Assembly: GCA_964440495.1 (NCBI GenBank) | Contig: CAYTSD010000001.1 | Location: 3,104-67,103 of the forward strand | Length of the DNA stretch: 64,000 bases | Reading direction: 5' to 3' | Source of the DNA: an uncultured Nitrososphaeria archaeon | Lineage (GTDB): Archaea > Thermoproteota > Nitrososphaeria_A > Caldarchaeales > Wolframiiraptoraceae | Shown here: one piece after another, positions 47,940-57,471 of the stretch | Numbering within the stretch: the first letter of the stretch is position 1 | How the letters are laid out: every line of letters starts with the position of its first letter | Translations under genes and position numbers: made by a program | Notes under the pieces: generated by a model | Told to the model about the DNA's origin: nothing | The model's input: the letters and a program-made list of their open reading frames with translations, nothing else | Database searches by the model: none

Positions 47940-48431
47940 CTATTGTGGTGGGCTGGCGAGTCTCCGGGTCTCTCTCAAGACCTCTTCCCCGAATCCATGC
48001 TGTCTAAGCCCTCTAAGCATGGCGCTCAGATACTCTCTCGAAGGCTTAATCCATCTTCCACGGGGATTCACCGCCACGTGGGTGAAGGCTTTCAACCTAC
48101 CTAACCCCTCAGCATTTACCTCGACTCTTCTCCTAGCCGAGGATGAGGGGACGCCCTCCAACCTATCCAGAGTCTTCAACTGTTCCTGAGTGATTTCGTA
48201 GACGACGCCATACACCTTACCTCCCTCCACCTCTCTTAGATTCGCTACGCCGCCTCTCCAGCTAGCTGAATATGAGTCGAAGACGAGTCTGAACCCGTTT
48301 AGCTCAGCTCTCCTAGCATCACCCCACTCACCCACACTCCTCTTCAACAGGTTCTTATCAAGGGTCCAGCCGTAGGCAAAATACCAGACCACCCTCCCAA
48401 CTCTCCCTCCACTTTCACACACCCCTCCCAC
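47940..48431 (-). CDS. Gamma-glutamylcyclotransferase (AIG2/GGCT-like)
   Basis: N-terminal YFAYG.TL motif and a later conserved YGVVYEI..E. Confidence 0.6.
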   Translation of the reverse strand: MGGVCESGGRVGRVVWYFAYGWTLDKNLLKRSVGEWGDARRAELNGFRLVFDSYSASWRGGVANLREVEGGKVYGVVYEITQEQLKTLDRLEGVPSSSARRRVEVNAEGLGRLKAFTHVAVNPRGRWIKPSREYLSAMLRGLRQHGFGEEVLRETRRLASPPQ

Positions 48432-48465
48432 ACTATATAACTACCTTTCCAAGACCTTGGGTTAG

Positions 48466-49374
48466 ATGTATAGGTGGTGGAGCGGGAGGCAGAGGATTCT
48501 CCTAAGAGACTGTAAGACAGCTATCCACGAGTTCACCTACAATGGCTACAGAGGGTTCACGGCGAATCCCTACAACGGCTGCGGCCACCGCTGCGTCTAC
48601 TGCTACGCAACCTTCGAATGGTTCCCCGAATTCTACGACATACTCCAAGTGAAGATGAACTTCCCAGCTATAGTTTCTAGACAGCTTCATGAAGAGCTTC
48701 CAGATAGACCCGTCTTCCTCTCCTCGGCCACAGACCCCTATCAACCACTTGAAGGAAAGTTTAGACTGACCCGTAGAACCGTTGAGATTCTCCAGAAACA
48801 TGGGGTGCCCTATTATATTTTCACGAAATCAGCCACGGTTCTCAGAGACCTTGAACTCCACTCCAGCTACAGGGACAGATGCATGATAAGCTGGTCGCTT
48901 ACAACGGTTAACAGCAAGGTTAAGAGGCTTATCGAGCCCTTCTCCTCGACGCCGACAGCTGTTCTCAGAGCGATGAAAGAGTTCTCAGAGTCAGGGGTCA
49001 CGGTCGGCGCAAACATCGACCCAATAATCCCTGGAGTAACAGACCTAGAGGGATGGGTTGAGGAGGTCGTCGACGCCGTTGCGGAGAGCGGAGGCAGCTT
49101 CGTCTCGGTCGGAGCCCTAAGGCTTCGGGAAGATATCTGGGAAAGGCTGCGCAGCTTCCTTCTAAGCGCAGGAATGGGGGATGTGGCCAAACATCTACAG
49201 CATCTCTACCGCTTCTCAGGGAGATATGGGGATGCTCCAGCCTGGTATCTCAGAGAGCTTGAGGAGAGGGTGAAAGCAAGGGCAAAACGTCTAGGTCTCT
49301 TCTACGGAATCCCCCTACCTGAGCCGAAGCCGAGACCGATTAAAGTCATGAAACAATTACTGCTTATATCCTGA
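48466..49374 (+). CDS. Radical-SAM protein, spore-photoproduct-lyase-like (COG1533 DNA repair photolyase family)
   Basis: NPYNGCGHRCVYCY is a CxxxCxxC radical-SAM cluster near the N-terminus. Length is about 300 aa. Confidence 0.7.
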   Translation: MYRWWSGRQRILLRDCKTAIHEFTYNGYRGFTANPYNGCGHRCVYCYATFEWFPEFYDILQVKMNFPAIVSRQLHEELPDRPVFLSSATDPYQPLEGKFRLTRRTVEILQKHGVPYYIFTKSATVLRDLELHSSYRDRCMISWSLTTVNSKVKRLIEPFSSTPTAVLRAMKEFSESGVTVGANIDPIIPGVTDLEGWVEEVVDAVAESGGSFVSVGALRLREDIWERLRSFLLSAGMGDVAKHLQHLYRFSGRYGDAPAWYLRELEERVKARAKRLGLFYGIPLPEPKPRPIKVMKQLLLIS

Positions 49375-49389
49375 CTGGGAAAAAGTTTT

Positions 49390-50796
49390 ATGAATCCTGT
49401 CTGCGACACTTACAATATGAGAGAAGAAGAGGGGAATCTCTCGAAAAAGAAGCTAACTAGAAGAGAGTTTCTAGCCGTATCAAAGTCCGCCGCAATAGGA
49501 GGAGTAATCGCAGCAGGAGTAATCGGAGGGGTAGCAGGCTATCTTGCGGGAAGCGGAGCGGCTCCGGCGAAGACCGTCACGGAAACCGTAACCCAGACCA
49601 CCACCAAGGAAGTTGGAGCCGCTACAACAGTTACAGGGACAAAGGAGGTAACGAAGACCGTTACTGCCGGAGCCAAGCCCCTGAAGGTTGGATACATCTA
49701 TGTTGGTCCTGTAGGTGACTTCGGCTGGACCTACGCCCATGACAGGGGTAGGAAGTGGGCTGACGAGAAGTTTGGAAACGTTGAGAGCTCTTACATCGAG
49801 TCTGTTCCAGAGGCTGAGGCGGCTGGAGCTATAGAGAGCCTGATAACTCAGGGCGCAGACCTCGTGATAACTACGAGCTTCGGCTACATGGACGCAACCG
49901 CGGAGGTCGCTGAAAAGTATCCTGACAAATACTTTGTCCACATCTCGGGCTATAGGAGTGGAGCGGCGGGAAACGCTCCCATGAACATGAGCGCAGCATT
50001 CGCAGAGTTCTATCAATTGTATTATCTCAATGGCCTCGCAGCCGGAGCCGTAACGGAGACAGGGGTAGTTGGATATGTTGCAGCTCACCCGATACCCGAG
50101 GTAGTTAGACACATTAACGCGTTCGTCTTGGGCGCAAACTACGCATACAAGAAGAGGACTGGAAAGAACATTAAAGCCTATGTTGACTGGCTCTTCTCAT
50201 GGTTCGACCCGGGGAAGACTAGAACCGCCGCCACAGCCCTTGTGGAGGAGAAGAACGCCGACGTCCTAGCCTTCACCGAGGACTCGCCTACAACGCTTCA
50301 GGTCGCCGAAGAGTATCAGAAGAAGGGTAGGAAGGTTTGGAGCTTCAGCCACTACAGCGACATGACACAATATGGACCAACAGCCCACCTGACAGGCCAG
50401 GTAGTAAATTGGGGGCCACTCTACCTAGACTTCTACCGCATGGTTGCGACAGGGACTTGGCAGTCGGTTGACATCTGGGCGAGGATAGGCGACTACATGC
50501 CTTGGAGGTGGAGGAGGAAGCCTGAAGAGAGCACGGCTGGACAGCCTGAGGGAGCTGTTTATCTCGCCCCAATAAACCCAGCGATTCCAAGCGAGTGGCA
50601 GACCGAGATAAAGGAGCGTTATGAGGAGATGAAGGAGCTTCTCTTCGAGCCATTCTCACCCGAAGGAAACCTAGGTGAGCCGATAAGAGACCAGGATGGA
50701 ACCGTGAGGATAGGCGCTGGAGAACGTGCCGACCACGACATGCTCTGGTCGATGGACTGGTTCGTAGAATATATTGAGAGCAAGCTTCCAAGGTAA
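49390..50796 (+). CDS. BMP-family (basic membrane protein/PnrA-like) ABC substrate-binding protein with Tat signal
   Basis: Twin-arginine TRREFLAV plus hydrophobic region, a Thr-rich linker and a BMP fold (KVGYIYVGPVGDFGWTY). The probable start is the Met at 49417. Confidence 0.85.
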   Translation: MNPVCDTYNMREEEGNLSKKKLTRREFLAVSKSAAIGGVIAAGVIGGVAGYLAGSGAAPAKTVTETVTQTTTKEVGAATTVTGTKEVTKTVTAGAKPLKVGYIYVGPVGDFGWTYAHDRGRKWADEKFGNVESSYIESVPEAEAAGAIESLITQGADLVITTSFGYMDATAEVAEKYPDKYFVHISGYRSGAAGNAPMNMSAAFAEFYQLYYLNGLAAGAVTETGVVGYVAAHPIPEVVRHINAFVLGANYAYKKRTGKNIKAYVDWLFSWFDPGKTRTAATALVEEKNADVLAFTEDSPTTLQVAEEYQKKGRKVWSFSHYSDMTQYGPTAHLTGQVVNWGPLYLDFYRMVATGTWQSVDIWARIGDYMPWRWRRKPEESTAGQPEGAVYLAPINPAIPSEWQTEIKERYEEMKELLFEPFSPEGNLGEPIRDQDGTVRIGAGERADHDMLWSMDWFVEYIESKLPR

Positions 50797-50865
50797 ATCT
50801 ACCCCCTACCCCTATCTTTTTTATCCTCCCCAGGCTTCAGTATCCCTTGGTCAGGCAGGTGGAGA

Positions 50866-52401
50866 ATGAGCGAACCCCTCCTCGTCATGATGAAGGGAAT
50901 AGTGAAAAGGTTTCCAGGCGTGGTTGCAAATGATCATGTAGACTTCGAGCTTAGGCAGGGAGAGGTTCACGCCCTACTCGGAGAAAACGGTGCAGGAAAA
51001 ACAACTCTAATGAATATACTTTACGGCCTCTACAAGCCGGATGAGGGAGAAATCTACGTAAAAGGAAGAAGAGTTGAGATAAAGTCGCCTAAAGAAGCAA
51101 TCAAGCTCGGGATAGGGATGGTTCACCAAAACTTTAGACTCATCCCAACGCACACGGTTCTAGAAAACATTGTATTAGGGCTAAAGGAGGCAGGCTTCAT
51201 AATAAGGTACAAGAATCTTGAGGAGGAGATTAAGAGGCTTTCAGAATCCTATGGATGGAAGATTGACCCGAGGGCTAAGGTTTGGCAGCTTTCCGCAGGT
51301 GAGAAACAGCAGGTTGAGATACTTAAGACTCTTTACAGGAGGGCCGATATACTGATTCTAGACGAGCCTACATCTGTTCTCGCTCCACAGGAGACGCGCG
51401 CCCTCTTCAACGCGATTAGACGCATGGCGTCCGAGGGGAAGGGCGTAATCTTCATCACCCACAAGCTCGATGAAGCCATGCAGGTTAGCGATAGGGTTAC
51501 AGTGATGCGTAAAGGAAGGGTCGTCATAACAAAGAATACCTCTGAAACCAATCCAACGGAGCTGGCGAACTACATGGTTGGGAGGCCTGTGATTTTCGCG
51601 GTCGAGAAGAAGCCCCTCCCACCTGGGAAAGAGGTAGCCATCCTACGTAACGTCCACGCTTTAAGCGATAAAGGAGTACCCGCACTAAACGGCGTGAATC
51701 TGGTGATCAGGAGGAATGAGATTCTAGGGTTGGCGGGAGTCACTGGAAACGGTCAGATAGAGCTGGTTGAGGTGATCACTGGTTTAAGGAAGGTTACCAA
51801 GGGTAAGGTGATAATTGATGGGGTTGATGTGACGAATAGAAGCCCGAGGGAGATAATGGAGCTCGGCGTAGCCTATATTCCGCCTGAGAATCTTAGATGG
51901 GGGCTTGTGGCAAGCCTTCCAGTGGTCGACAACCTCTTCCTAAAGGCTTACAGGTATCCACCATACTCTAACAAGATTACTATTGACTGGAAGCGTGTCT
52001 ATGGTAAGGCTCGTGAGCTTATAGAGGAGTTCGGGGTCGTCACCCCAAGCCCCTTCATAAGAGCTAGGGCGCTCTCAGGCGGGAATCTTCAGAGACTCGT
52101 GTTAGCTAGGGAGCTTTCAGGCCTCATAGGCGGGGGAGTTCCCAAGCTCATAGTGGCGGCTTATCCCACCAAGGGGCTTGACGTCGGGGCAACGGAGTTC
52201 GTTCACAAGACTCTTCTAAAATACCGGGAGAAGGGTTCAGGGATACTTCTAGTCTCCGAAGACTTGGAGGAGATTCTAAGAATAAGCGACAGGGTGGCCG
52301 TAATCTTCAACGGTAGAATAGTTGGAGAATTCAAGGCGGAGGAAGCAGATATAGAGAGGATAGGGCTTCTAATGGCTGGCGCAGAGGCTCAGGCAGCGTA
52401 A
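50866..52401 (+). CDS. ABC transporter ATP-binding protein with two nucleotide-binding domains
   Basis: Two Walker A sites (GENGAGKTT and GVTGNGQ), signature motifs LSAGEKQQ and LSGGNLQR. Length is 511 aa. Confidence 0.9.
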   Translation: MSEPLLVMMKGIVKRFPGVVANDHVDFELRQGEVHALLGENGAGKTTLMNILYGLYKPDEGEIYVKGRRVEIKSPKEAIKLGIGMVHQNFRLIPTHTVLENIVLGLKEAGFIIRYKNLEEEIKRLSESYGWKIDPRAKVWQLSAGEKQQVEILKTLYRRADILILDEPTSVLAPQETRALFNAIRRMASEGKGVIFITHKLDEAMQVSDRVTVMRKGRVVITKNTSETNPTELANYMVGRPVIFAVEKKPLPPGKEVAILRNVHALSDKGVPALNGVNLVIRRNEILGLAGVTGNGQIELVEVITGLRKVTKGKVIIDGVDVTNRSPREIMELGVAYIPPENLRWGLVASLPVVDNLFLKAYRYPPYSNKITIDWKRVYGKARELIEEFGVVTPSPFIRARALSGGNLQRLVLARELSGLIGGGVPKLIVAAYPTKGLDVGATEFVHKTLLKYREKGSGILLVSEDLEEILRISDRVAVIFNGRIVGEFKAEEADIERIGLLMAGAEAQAA

Positions 52402-52415
52402 AAGGAGGTGGGAGG

Positions 52416-53513
52416 ATGGCGGCGAGATACTCCTTCCTCGGAATCCGCGTCGAGAGGAGATTAACCTACTCTAAGACAGCAGCGGTAGCCACAACAATAA
52501 TAGCGATAGCCTTAGCCTTCGCTGCAACCGCCGTTATATTCGCCGTCATGGGTCTCGACGTATACGATGCCTTCGCGGTCTTGGCAGGGGTCTTCGTCAC
52601 TCCTAGGCTTCTCCTCCAAGCGGTTCTCAGAGGGCTTCCAATCACTCTCTCAGCTCTAGGTCTCTCAATAGCCTTCCGGATGAATTTCTGGAACATAGGA
52701 GCCGAGGGGCAGATATACCTGGGAATGTTCGCTGCGACAGGGATAGTCCTGGCCCACGTATACTATGGATTCCTCCCAGCCTCACTTGTTTTACCCATAA
52801 TGTTCATAGCCTCATTCCTGACGGGTGGGGCTTGGTGTCTCCTCCCAGCAGCCTTGAAGGCGAAGCTCAACGTGAACGAGATACTCACAACGCTTATGAT
52901 GAACTATATCGCGATACTCTTCGTCGCATACCTAATCTATGGCCCATGGAGAGACCCGAAGGGCTACGGCTTCCCTCTCTCGATACCCTTCCCAGAGTAT
53001 GCTAAGCTTCTCTTCATCGCTGGAAACCCATCCTATACAGGCCTCCTCCTAGCCCTCGTCTTCGCAGCCCTAGTATACGTGCTCTTCAGATACACTAAGC
53101 TCGGGTTCGAGCTCCGGGTCGTTGGAGAGAACCTCGACGCAGCACGCTACGCCGGGATGGCCATCCCGAGGATAATCACTCTGGGAGCATTCCTCTCAGG
53201 AGGGTTGGCTGGAATCGGCGGACTATCGATAGTCAGCGGAATAATTGGGAGGCTTAGGCCAGGAGCCTCGCCAGGCTACGGATACACAGCCATAATCGTC
53301 GCCTTCCTAGCGGCTCTAAACCCCTGGCTGATAGTTCCAGCTGGAATCTTCTTCGGCGGACTCCTAACGGCTGGGGAGGCCCTCCAAGCCTCTCTCAACA
53401 TACCCAACGCAGCCGTCCAGATATTCCAGTCAATAATCTTCCTCTTCATAATCTTGGGGGAGTTCCTCAAACGCTACCGGATAGTTGTTGGAGGGGGTGG
53501 GGTTAGGGGATGA
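52416..53513 (+). CDS. ABC transporter permease (BMP/nucleoside system)
   Basis: A polytopic protein of about 10 TM helices, adjacent to the ATPase and overlapping it. Confidence 0.8.
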   Translation: MAARYSFLGIRVERRLTYSKTAAVATTIIAIALAFAATAVIFAVMGLDVYDAFAVLAGVFVTPRLLLQAVLRGLPITLSALGLSIAFRMNFWNIGAEGQIYLGMFAATGIVLAHVYYGFLPASLVLPIMFIASFLTGGAWCLLPAALKAKLNVNEILTTLMMNYIAILFVAYLIYGPWRDPKGYGFPLSIPFPEYAKLLFIAGNPSYTGLLLALVFAALVYVLFRYTKLGFELRVVGENLDAARYAGMAIPRIITLGAFLSGGLAGIGGLSIVSGIIGRLRPGASPGYGYTAIIVAFLAALNPWLIVPAGIFFGGLLTAGEALQASLNIPNAAVQIFQSIIFLFIILGEFLKRYRIVVGGGGVRG

Positions 53514-54490
53514 TTGATTGGCTCTCCTCGGTTCTCCAGGGAGCCGTCCAGATGGGCACAGTCTATCTCCTAGCCTCCCTCGGAGAGATCTATGCTGAGC
53601 GCTCTGGGATACTGAACCTAGGGGTTGAGGGTATAATGATTATGGGTGCGGCTCTCTCCTTCCTCTTCACCCTCGCCTACGGCCACCTCGCAGCACTCCT
53701 CCTAGTAGTCTTGGCTGGGATACTGATGAGCCTCATACTAGCCGTTATGGCTGTTTCTCTGAGGCTGAACCAGGTGGTTGTCGGCCTAGCCTTAACACTC
53801 CTAGGGCTTGGGATGAGCGGGTTCCTAACCCATCCGACGATTAGGGCTCATGTCCTCCTCTTCCTGAACCCTAGCCTGCCTCAAACAGCTCTCACAACCC
53901 AGGAGGCTCCGAAGCTCCCAGAGCTTCCCGTCCCAGCCCTCTCCGAGATACCGGTACTTGGGCCAGCCCTCTTCAAGCACAACGCAATAGTCTACTTCTC
54001 CTACGTCTTGGCGGTCTTGATGTGGTTCATCCTCTTCAAGACCCGGGTTGGGCTGAGCCTCAGGTCGGTTGGAGAGAACCCTGCGATGGCTGACGCACTA
54101 GGCGTGAACGTCTACTTGGTCCGATATCTCGCCACGATGGTTGGCGGAGCCTTGGCCGCCCTCGCCGGAGCCTACCTCTTCATAGGGTTCCAGCCCTTCT
54201 GGCAGGAGGGGATGACGGCTGGCAGAGGGTTCATAGCCCTCGCCCTAGTTATTCTCGCAACATGGAGCCCCTTGAGAGCGGTTCTCGGAGCCTACCTCTT
54301 CGGAGGAGTCGAGACAATCCAGTTCAGGCTACAGATACTTGGCTTCGGGGCTCAGACCCCTCAATTCGTCCTAATGCTTCCCTACGTGGTAACTATTATA
54401 ACCTTGACCCTCCTCTCCTTCGAGAGCGTTAAACGGAGGCTAGGGGTCCCAGCATCCCTAGGAGTACCCTACTCAAGGGAAGAGGTCTAG
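53510..54490 (+). CDS. ABC transporter permease (second subunit)
   Basis: Polytopic, with a start overlapping the previous stop (ATGA). Confidence 0.8.
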   Translation: MIDWLSSVLQGAVQMGTVYLLASLGEIYAERSGILNLGVEGIMIMGAALSFLFTLAYGHLAALLLVVLAGILMSLILAVMAVSLRLNQVVVGLALTLLGLGMSGFLTHPTIRAHVLLFLNPSLPQTALTTQEAPKLPELPVPALSEIPVLGPALFKHNAIVYFSYVLAVLMWFILFKTRVGLSLRSVGENPAMADALGVNVYLVRYLATMVGGALAALAGAYLFIGFQPFWQEGMTAGRGFIALALVILATWSPLRAVLGAYLFGGVETIQFRLQILGFGAQTPQFVLMLPYVVTIITLTLLSFESVKRRLGVPASLGVPYSREEV

Positions 54491-55866
54491 AATGGGATAG
54501 GCTTGCCGCGTTTGAGGAACCTCCCCCTCCCAGGCTGTGTCAAGGCTTCCCCCTCCTCGAAGACGACCTCTCCACGAGAGATTGTGTAGACCGGGTAGCC
54601 TCGAACCCTCATCCCCTCGTAGATTGAGTGGTCAAGCCTGCTGTGCAGGGTCTCCCTCCCTAGCACTACCTCCTTGTCGGGGTCTATGATTGTTAGGTCT
54701 GCGTCTGCGCCTGGGATTATTGTGCCTTTCCTCGGGTAGAGGCCGAAGAGCTTGGCGGGGTTGAGTGATGTCAGCTCCACAAGCCTCCGCATACTTATCC
54801 TACCCTTCCTAACCCCCTCCGAGAAGAGTATCGGGATTATGTTCTCCGTTCCCTGAACGCCTCCAGGAGACTTCCTGAAGTCTTCTCTCCCAACCTTCTT
54901 CTCAGCCCAGTTGAAGGGTGCGTGGTCGCTTCCAAGGGTCTGTATCTCCCCTCTCGCAAGCCCCTCCCATAGAGCCTCCCTATCCTCAGCGCCCTTAATC
55001 GGTGGAGCGAGCAGAAACTTCTCGGCGTCAGGCCTTCTATACACCTCGTCGGTGAAGACTAGGTAGTGGGGGCATGTCTCAGCGTATACTCTCGCACCTG
55101 CTCTACGCATCCTTCTAATGGCTTCAAGCCCCATCTTCGAGGATAGGTGGACAACCCAGAGAAGCGCTCCAGAGTGCTGGGCGAGCAGCGCTAGGCGCTG
55201 GACTGCTTCGGCTTCGGCTATGGGTGGTCTGCTCAAGGCATGGTAGAGCGGGGTCAGCCTCCCCTCCCTCTCAAACCTCCTCAACCTCTCCTGGATTATG
55301 TCCTCATTCTCACAGTGAGCCCCAACCAAGACACCGATCTTGGCGGCAGCCTCCATGAACCTCAGCATCCCACCGTCATCCATCATCAGCCCCCTACCCC
55401 TATAGGCTGTGAAAACCTTGAAGCTTGAGACGCCGAGCTCCAGAAGCCTCCGAAGCTCCCCCTCATCCCACTTGGACGCACCTGTCACCGAGACGTGGAG
55501 GCCGTAGTCTACGGCGACCCTTGGGTCAGCCTCCCTCCTCCTCTCCTCAAAGGCTTCCAAAATACTCTGACCAGGCCTCGGGGTGGCGAAGTCGATTACC
55601 GTGGTTACTCCCCCACAGGCGGCGGCAGTAGTCCCAGCGTAGAAGTCATCGGCGGTCCTTGTCTCCCCGTAAGGCATCTGGAAATGCGTGTGCCCATCTA
55701 TCCCTCCAGGTATCACAAGCTTCCCCGTAGCGTCGATAACCCTCTCAGCAGGCTCCTCAACACCTCTACCAACTACGGCTATGACCCCGTCTCTAACGCC
55801 AATATCTGCCTCAAACTCCATTCCATCAGAGAATATTCTCCCACCCTTAACCAGCAGGTCAAGCAT
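54487..55866 (-). CDS. Hydantoinase / dihydropyrimidinase (cyclic amidohydrolase)
   Basis: GGIDGHTHFQMPYGETRTADDFYAGTTAAACGGVTTVIDF and the downstream metal ligands are typical of D-hydantoinase/DHPase. Confidence 0.85.
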   Translation of the reverse strand: MLDLLVKGGRIFSDGMEFEADIGVRDGVIAVVGRGVEEPAERVIDATGKLVIPGGIDGHTHFQMPYGETRTADDFYAGTTAAACGGVTTVIDFATPRPGQSILEAFEERRREADPRVAVDYGLHVSVTGASKWDEGELRRLLELGVSSFKVFTAYRGRGLMMDDGGMLRFMEAAAKIGVLVGAHCENEDIIQERLRRFEREGRLTPLYHALSRPPIAEAEAVQRLALLAQHSGALLWVVHLSSKMGLEAIRRMRRAGARVYAETCPHYLVFTDEVYRRPDAEKFLLAPPIKGAEDREALWEGLARGEIQTLGSDHAPFNWAEKKVGREDFRKSPGGVQGTENIIPILFSEGVRKGRISMRRLVELTSLNPAKLFGLYPRKGTIIPGADADLTIIDPDKEVVLGRETLHSRLDHSIYEGMRVRGYPVYTISRGEVVFEEGEALTQPGRGRFLKRGKPIPF

Positions 55867-55945
55867 AGCTACCCCCTATTCAAGCACCCAGTAATTAAGG
55901 ATGGAGCTGCTTTTATCCTAGGGCTTCCAAGATAATCTGAGAGGA

Positions 55946-56959
55946 ATGTTGAGCCCATCTATCCCTAGACTCGGCCTCTACCTCCAAGACATGCACGTAA
56001 GAGACATGATAAGATACTCGCAGATAGCTGAGCAATATGGGTTCGAGTCGGTGTGGGTTGCAGAGTCACGTCTAGCGAGAGACGCGGTGGTCCCAGTCAC
56101 AGCAATCGCAACCGACACATGTAGGATAAAGGTTGGAGCAGGGGTAATCAATACATGGACTAGGAACGCAGCCCTAATAGCGCAGACCTTCGCGACACTC
56201 GATGAACTCTCCTTCGGAAGAGTGATGCTTGGACTCGGAGCATGGTGGGACCCGCTTGCATGGAAGGTTGGAATCGAACGCAGGAGACCCCTCAAATGCA
56301 TGAGAGAGTATGTTGAGGTAATTAGAAGGCTCTTCAGAATGGAGGTCGTCGAGTACGAGGGAGAGTTTGTTAAGATGCGTGGAGTAAGGCTTGACGTCCT
56401 CCACGGAGCAGGAGAGAAACCACGTAACATACCGATCTATATAGGTGCGACAGGGTGGAAGATGCTTGAACTCGCTGGGGAGGTCGGAGACGGGGTCCTC
56501 CTAAACTATCTAGTCTCACCGCTCTACAACCAGAAGGCACTGGAACATATACGGAGAGGAGCGGAGAAGGCTGGAAGAAAACTTGAAGACATTGATAGAC
56601 CACAGCTCATAGCGACGTCAATGTACGAGGACTCTGAGAAGGCGATTAAGCTCGCGAAGAAGCATGTAACAATGACTCTCGGGCAGCAGCCTCACATAAT
56701 GAAAGCAAGCGGTGTAAGCGAAGACCTAATTGAGGCGGTTAAGAAGGCGATGGGCGGATGGCCTGCGAAGCCGGGTGGAATCGAGAAAGCCATGGAGCTC
56801 GTCCCAGACGAGGTCGTCCAGATGATAACCGCCTCGGGAACACCCGGAGAAGTGAAGCAGAAGATAGAGGAGTATATGCGTCATGGATGCACCGCCCCCC
56901 TCCTCCTACCACTAAGCGGAAACGTTGAATACATAGTCAAATCACTTGCAGAAATCTAA
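55946..56959 (+). CDS. Luciferase-like monooxygenase (LLM)/F420-dependent oxidoreductase family protein
   Basis: LLM TIM-barrel motifs (FESVWVAES, GLGAWW). Length is 337 aa. Confidence 0.7.
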   Translation: MLSPSIPRLGLYLQDMHVRDMIRYSQIAEQYGFESVWVAESRLARDAVVPVTAIATDTCRIKVGAGVINTWTRNAALIAQTFATLDELSFGRVMLGLGAWWDPLAWKVGIERRRPLKCMREYVEVIRRLFRMEVVEYEGEFVKMRGVRLDVLHGAGEKPRNIPIYIGATGWKMLELAGEVGDGVLLNYLVSPLYNQKALEHIRRGAEKAGRKLEDIDRPQLIATSMYEDSEKAIKLAKKHVTMTLGQQPHIMKASGVSEDLIEAVKKAMGGWPAKPGGIEKAMELVPDEVVQMITASGTPGEVKQKIEEYMRHGCTAPLLLPLSGNVEYIVKSLAEI

Positions 56960-56990
56960 TACATCTTAGAGGCTGCAGCATCAATCGTCA

Positions 56991-57371
56991 TTAACTACTC
57001 TTTTCTTCCTCACTCTTTTGAGGAATTTTATGCAGCTTCACTACGTAAAGCTCTCTATCCCTGAACTTTTCAACTGCTTCGCGGACTGTTTTCACGTTTC
57101 CTAACAGTACTTTAACTCCAAGCTTCTTAAGAAGCTCTATCGCCCTCGTGCTCAGAGACTGAGCTATAACATACTTCACCCCCTCTCTCTTAACTATATT
57201 TATGATGAGGTCGTCGGAGGACAGCCTATGAATATAAACTTCTTTGACGCCGCTGTTCACAAGAACTATGTGAGTGAAGGTGGGGGCGTCCTTCCAATGG
57301 GGATAGATTTTCGCGTCGAGGCCTCCCGGCTCATAGGTTGGTATGAGGATTGAGGCTTCTTTAACAGACAT
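56991..57371 (-). CDS. NifX/NifB-C-terminal-like (dinitrogenase FeMo-cofactor biosynthesis family) small protein
   Basis: ILIPT..GGLDAKIYPHWKDAPTFTHIVL and a later VKYVIAQSLSTRAIELLKKLGVKVLL. Length is 126 aa. Confidence 0.65.
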   Translation of the reverse strand: MSVKEASILIPTYEPGGLDAKIYPHWKDAPTFTHIVLVNSGVKEVYIHRLSSDDLIINIVKREGVKYVIAQSLSTRAIELLKKLGVKVLLGNVKTVREAVEKFRDRELYVVKLHKIPQKSEEEKSS

Positions 57372-57446
57372 GTCGGATGTTAAAAGACTCTACGCTGATA
57401 TATGAACACTATCCTCGTCCTTGTTTAAAGTTCATAGGCTAGGCAT

Positions 57447-57455
57447 TTCTATAAG
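57447..57455 (+). promoter_or_regulatory. Putative TATA box (ttctataag) upstream of the amidohydrolase GTG start
   Basis: An AT-rich element about 20 nt upstream of GTG 57472, in the divergent intergenic region. Confidence 0.3.
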
Positions 57456-57471
57456 ATTGGTGTGATTCAAT

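Noticed and set aside
49480-50112. 210-aa ORF antisense to the BMP substrate-binding protein gene
   Set aside because: Cys/Ser-rich low-complexity translation. The sense-strand gene has a Tat signal and BMP motifs.
55240-55935. Several ORFs (55240..55428, 55425..55631, 55495..55935) antisense to the hydantoinase gene
   Set aside because: Pro/Ser/Arg-rich shadow ORFs. The hydantoinase metal-binding motifs are intact on the minus strand.
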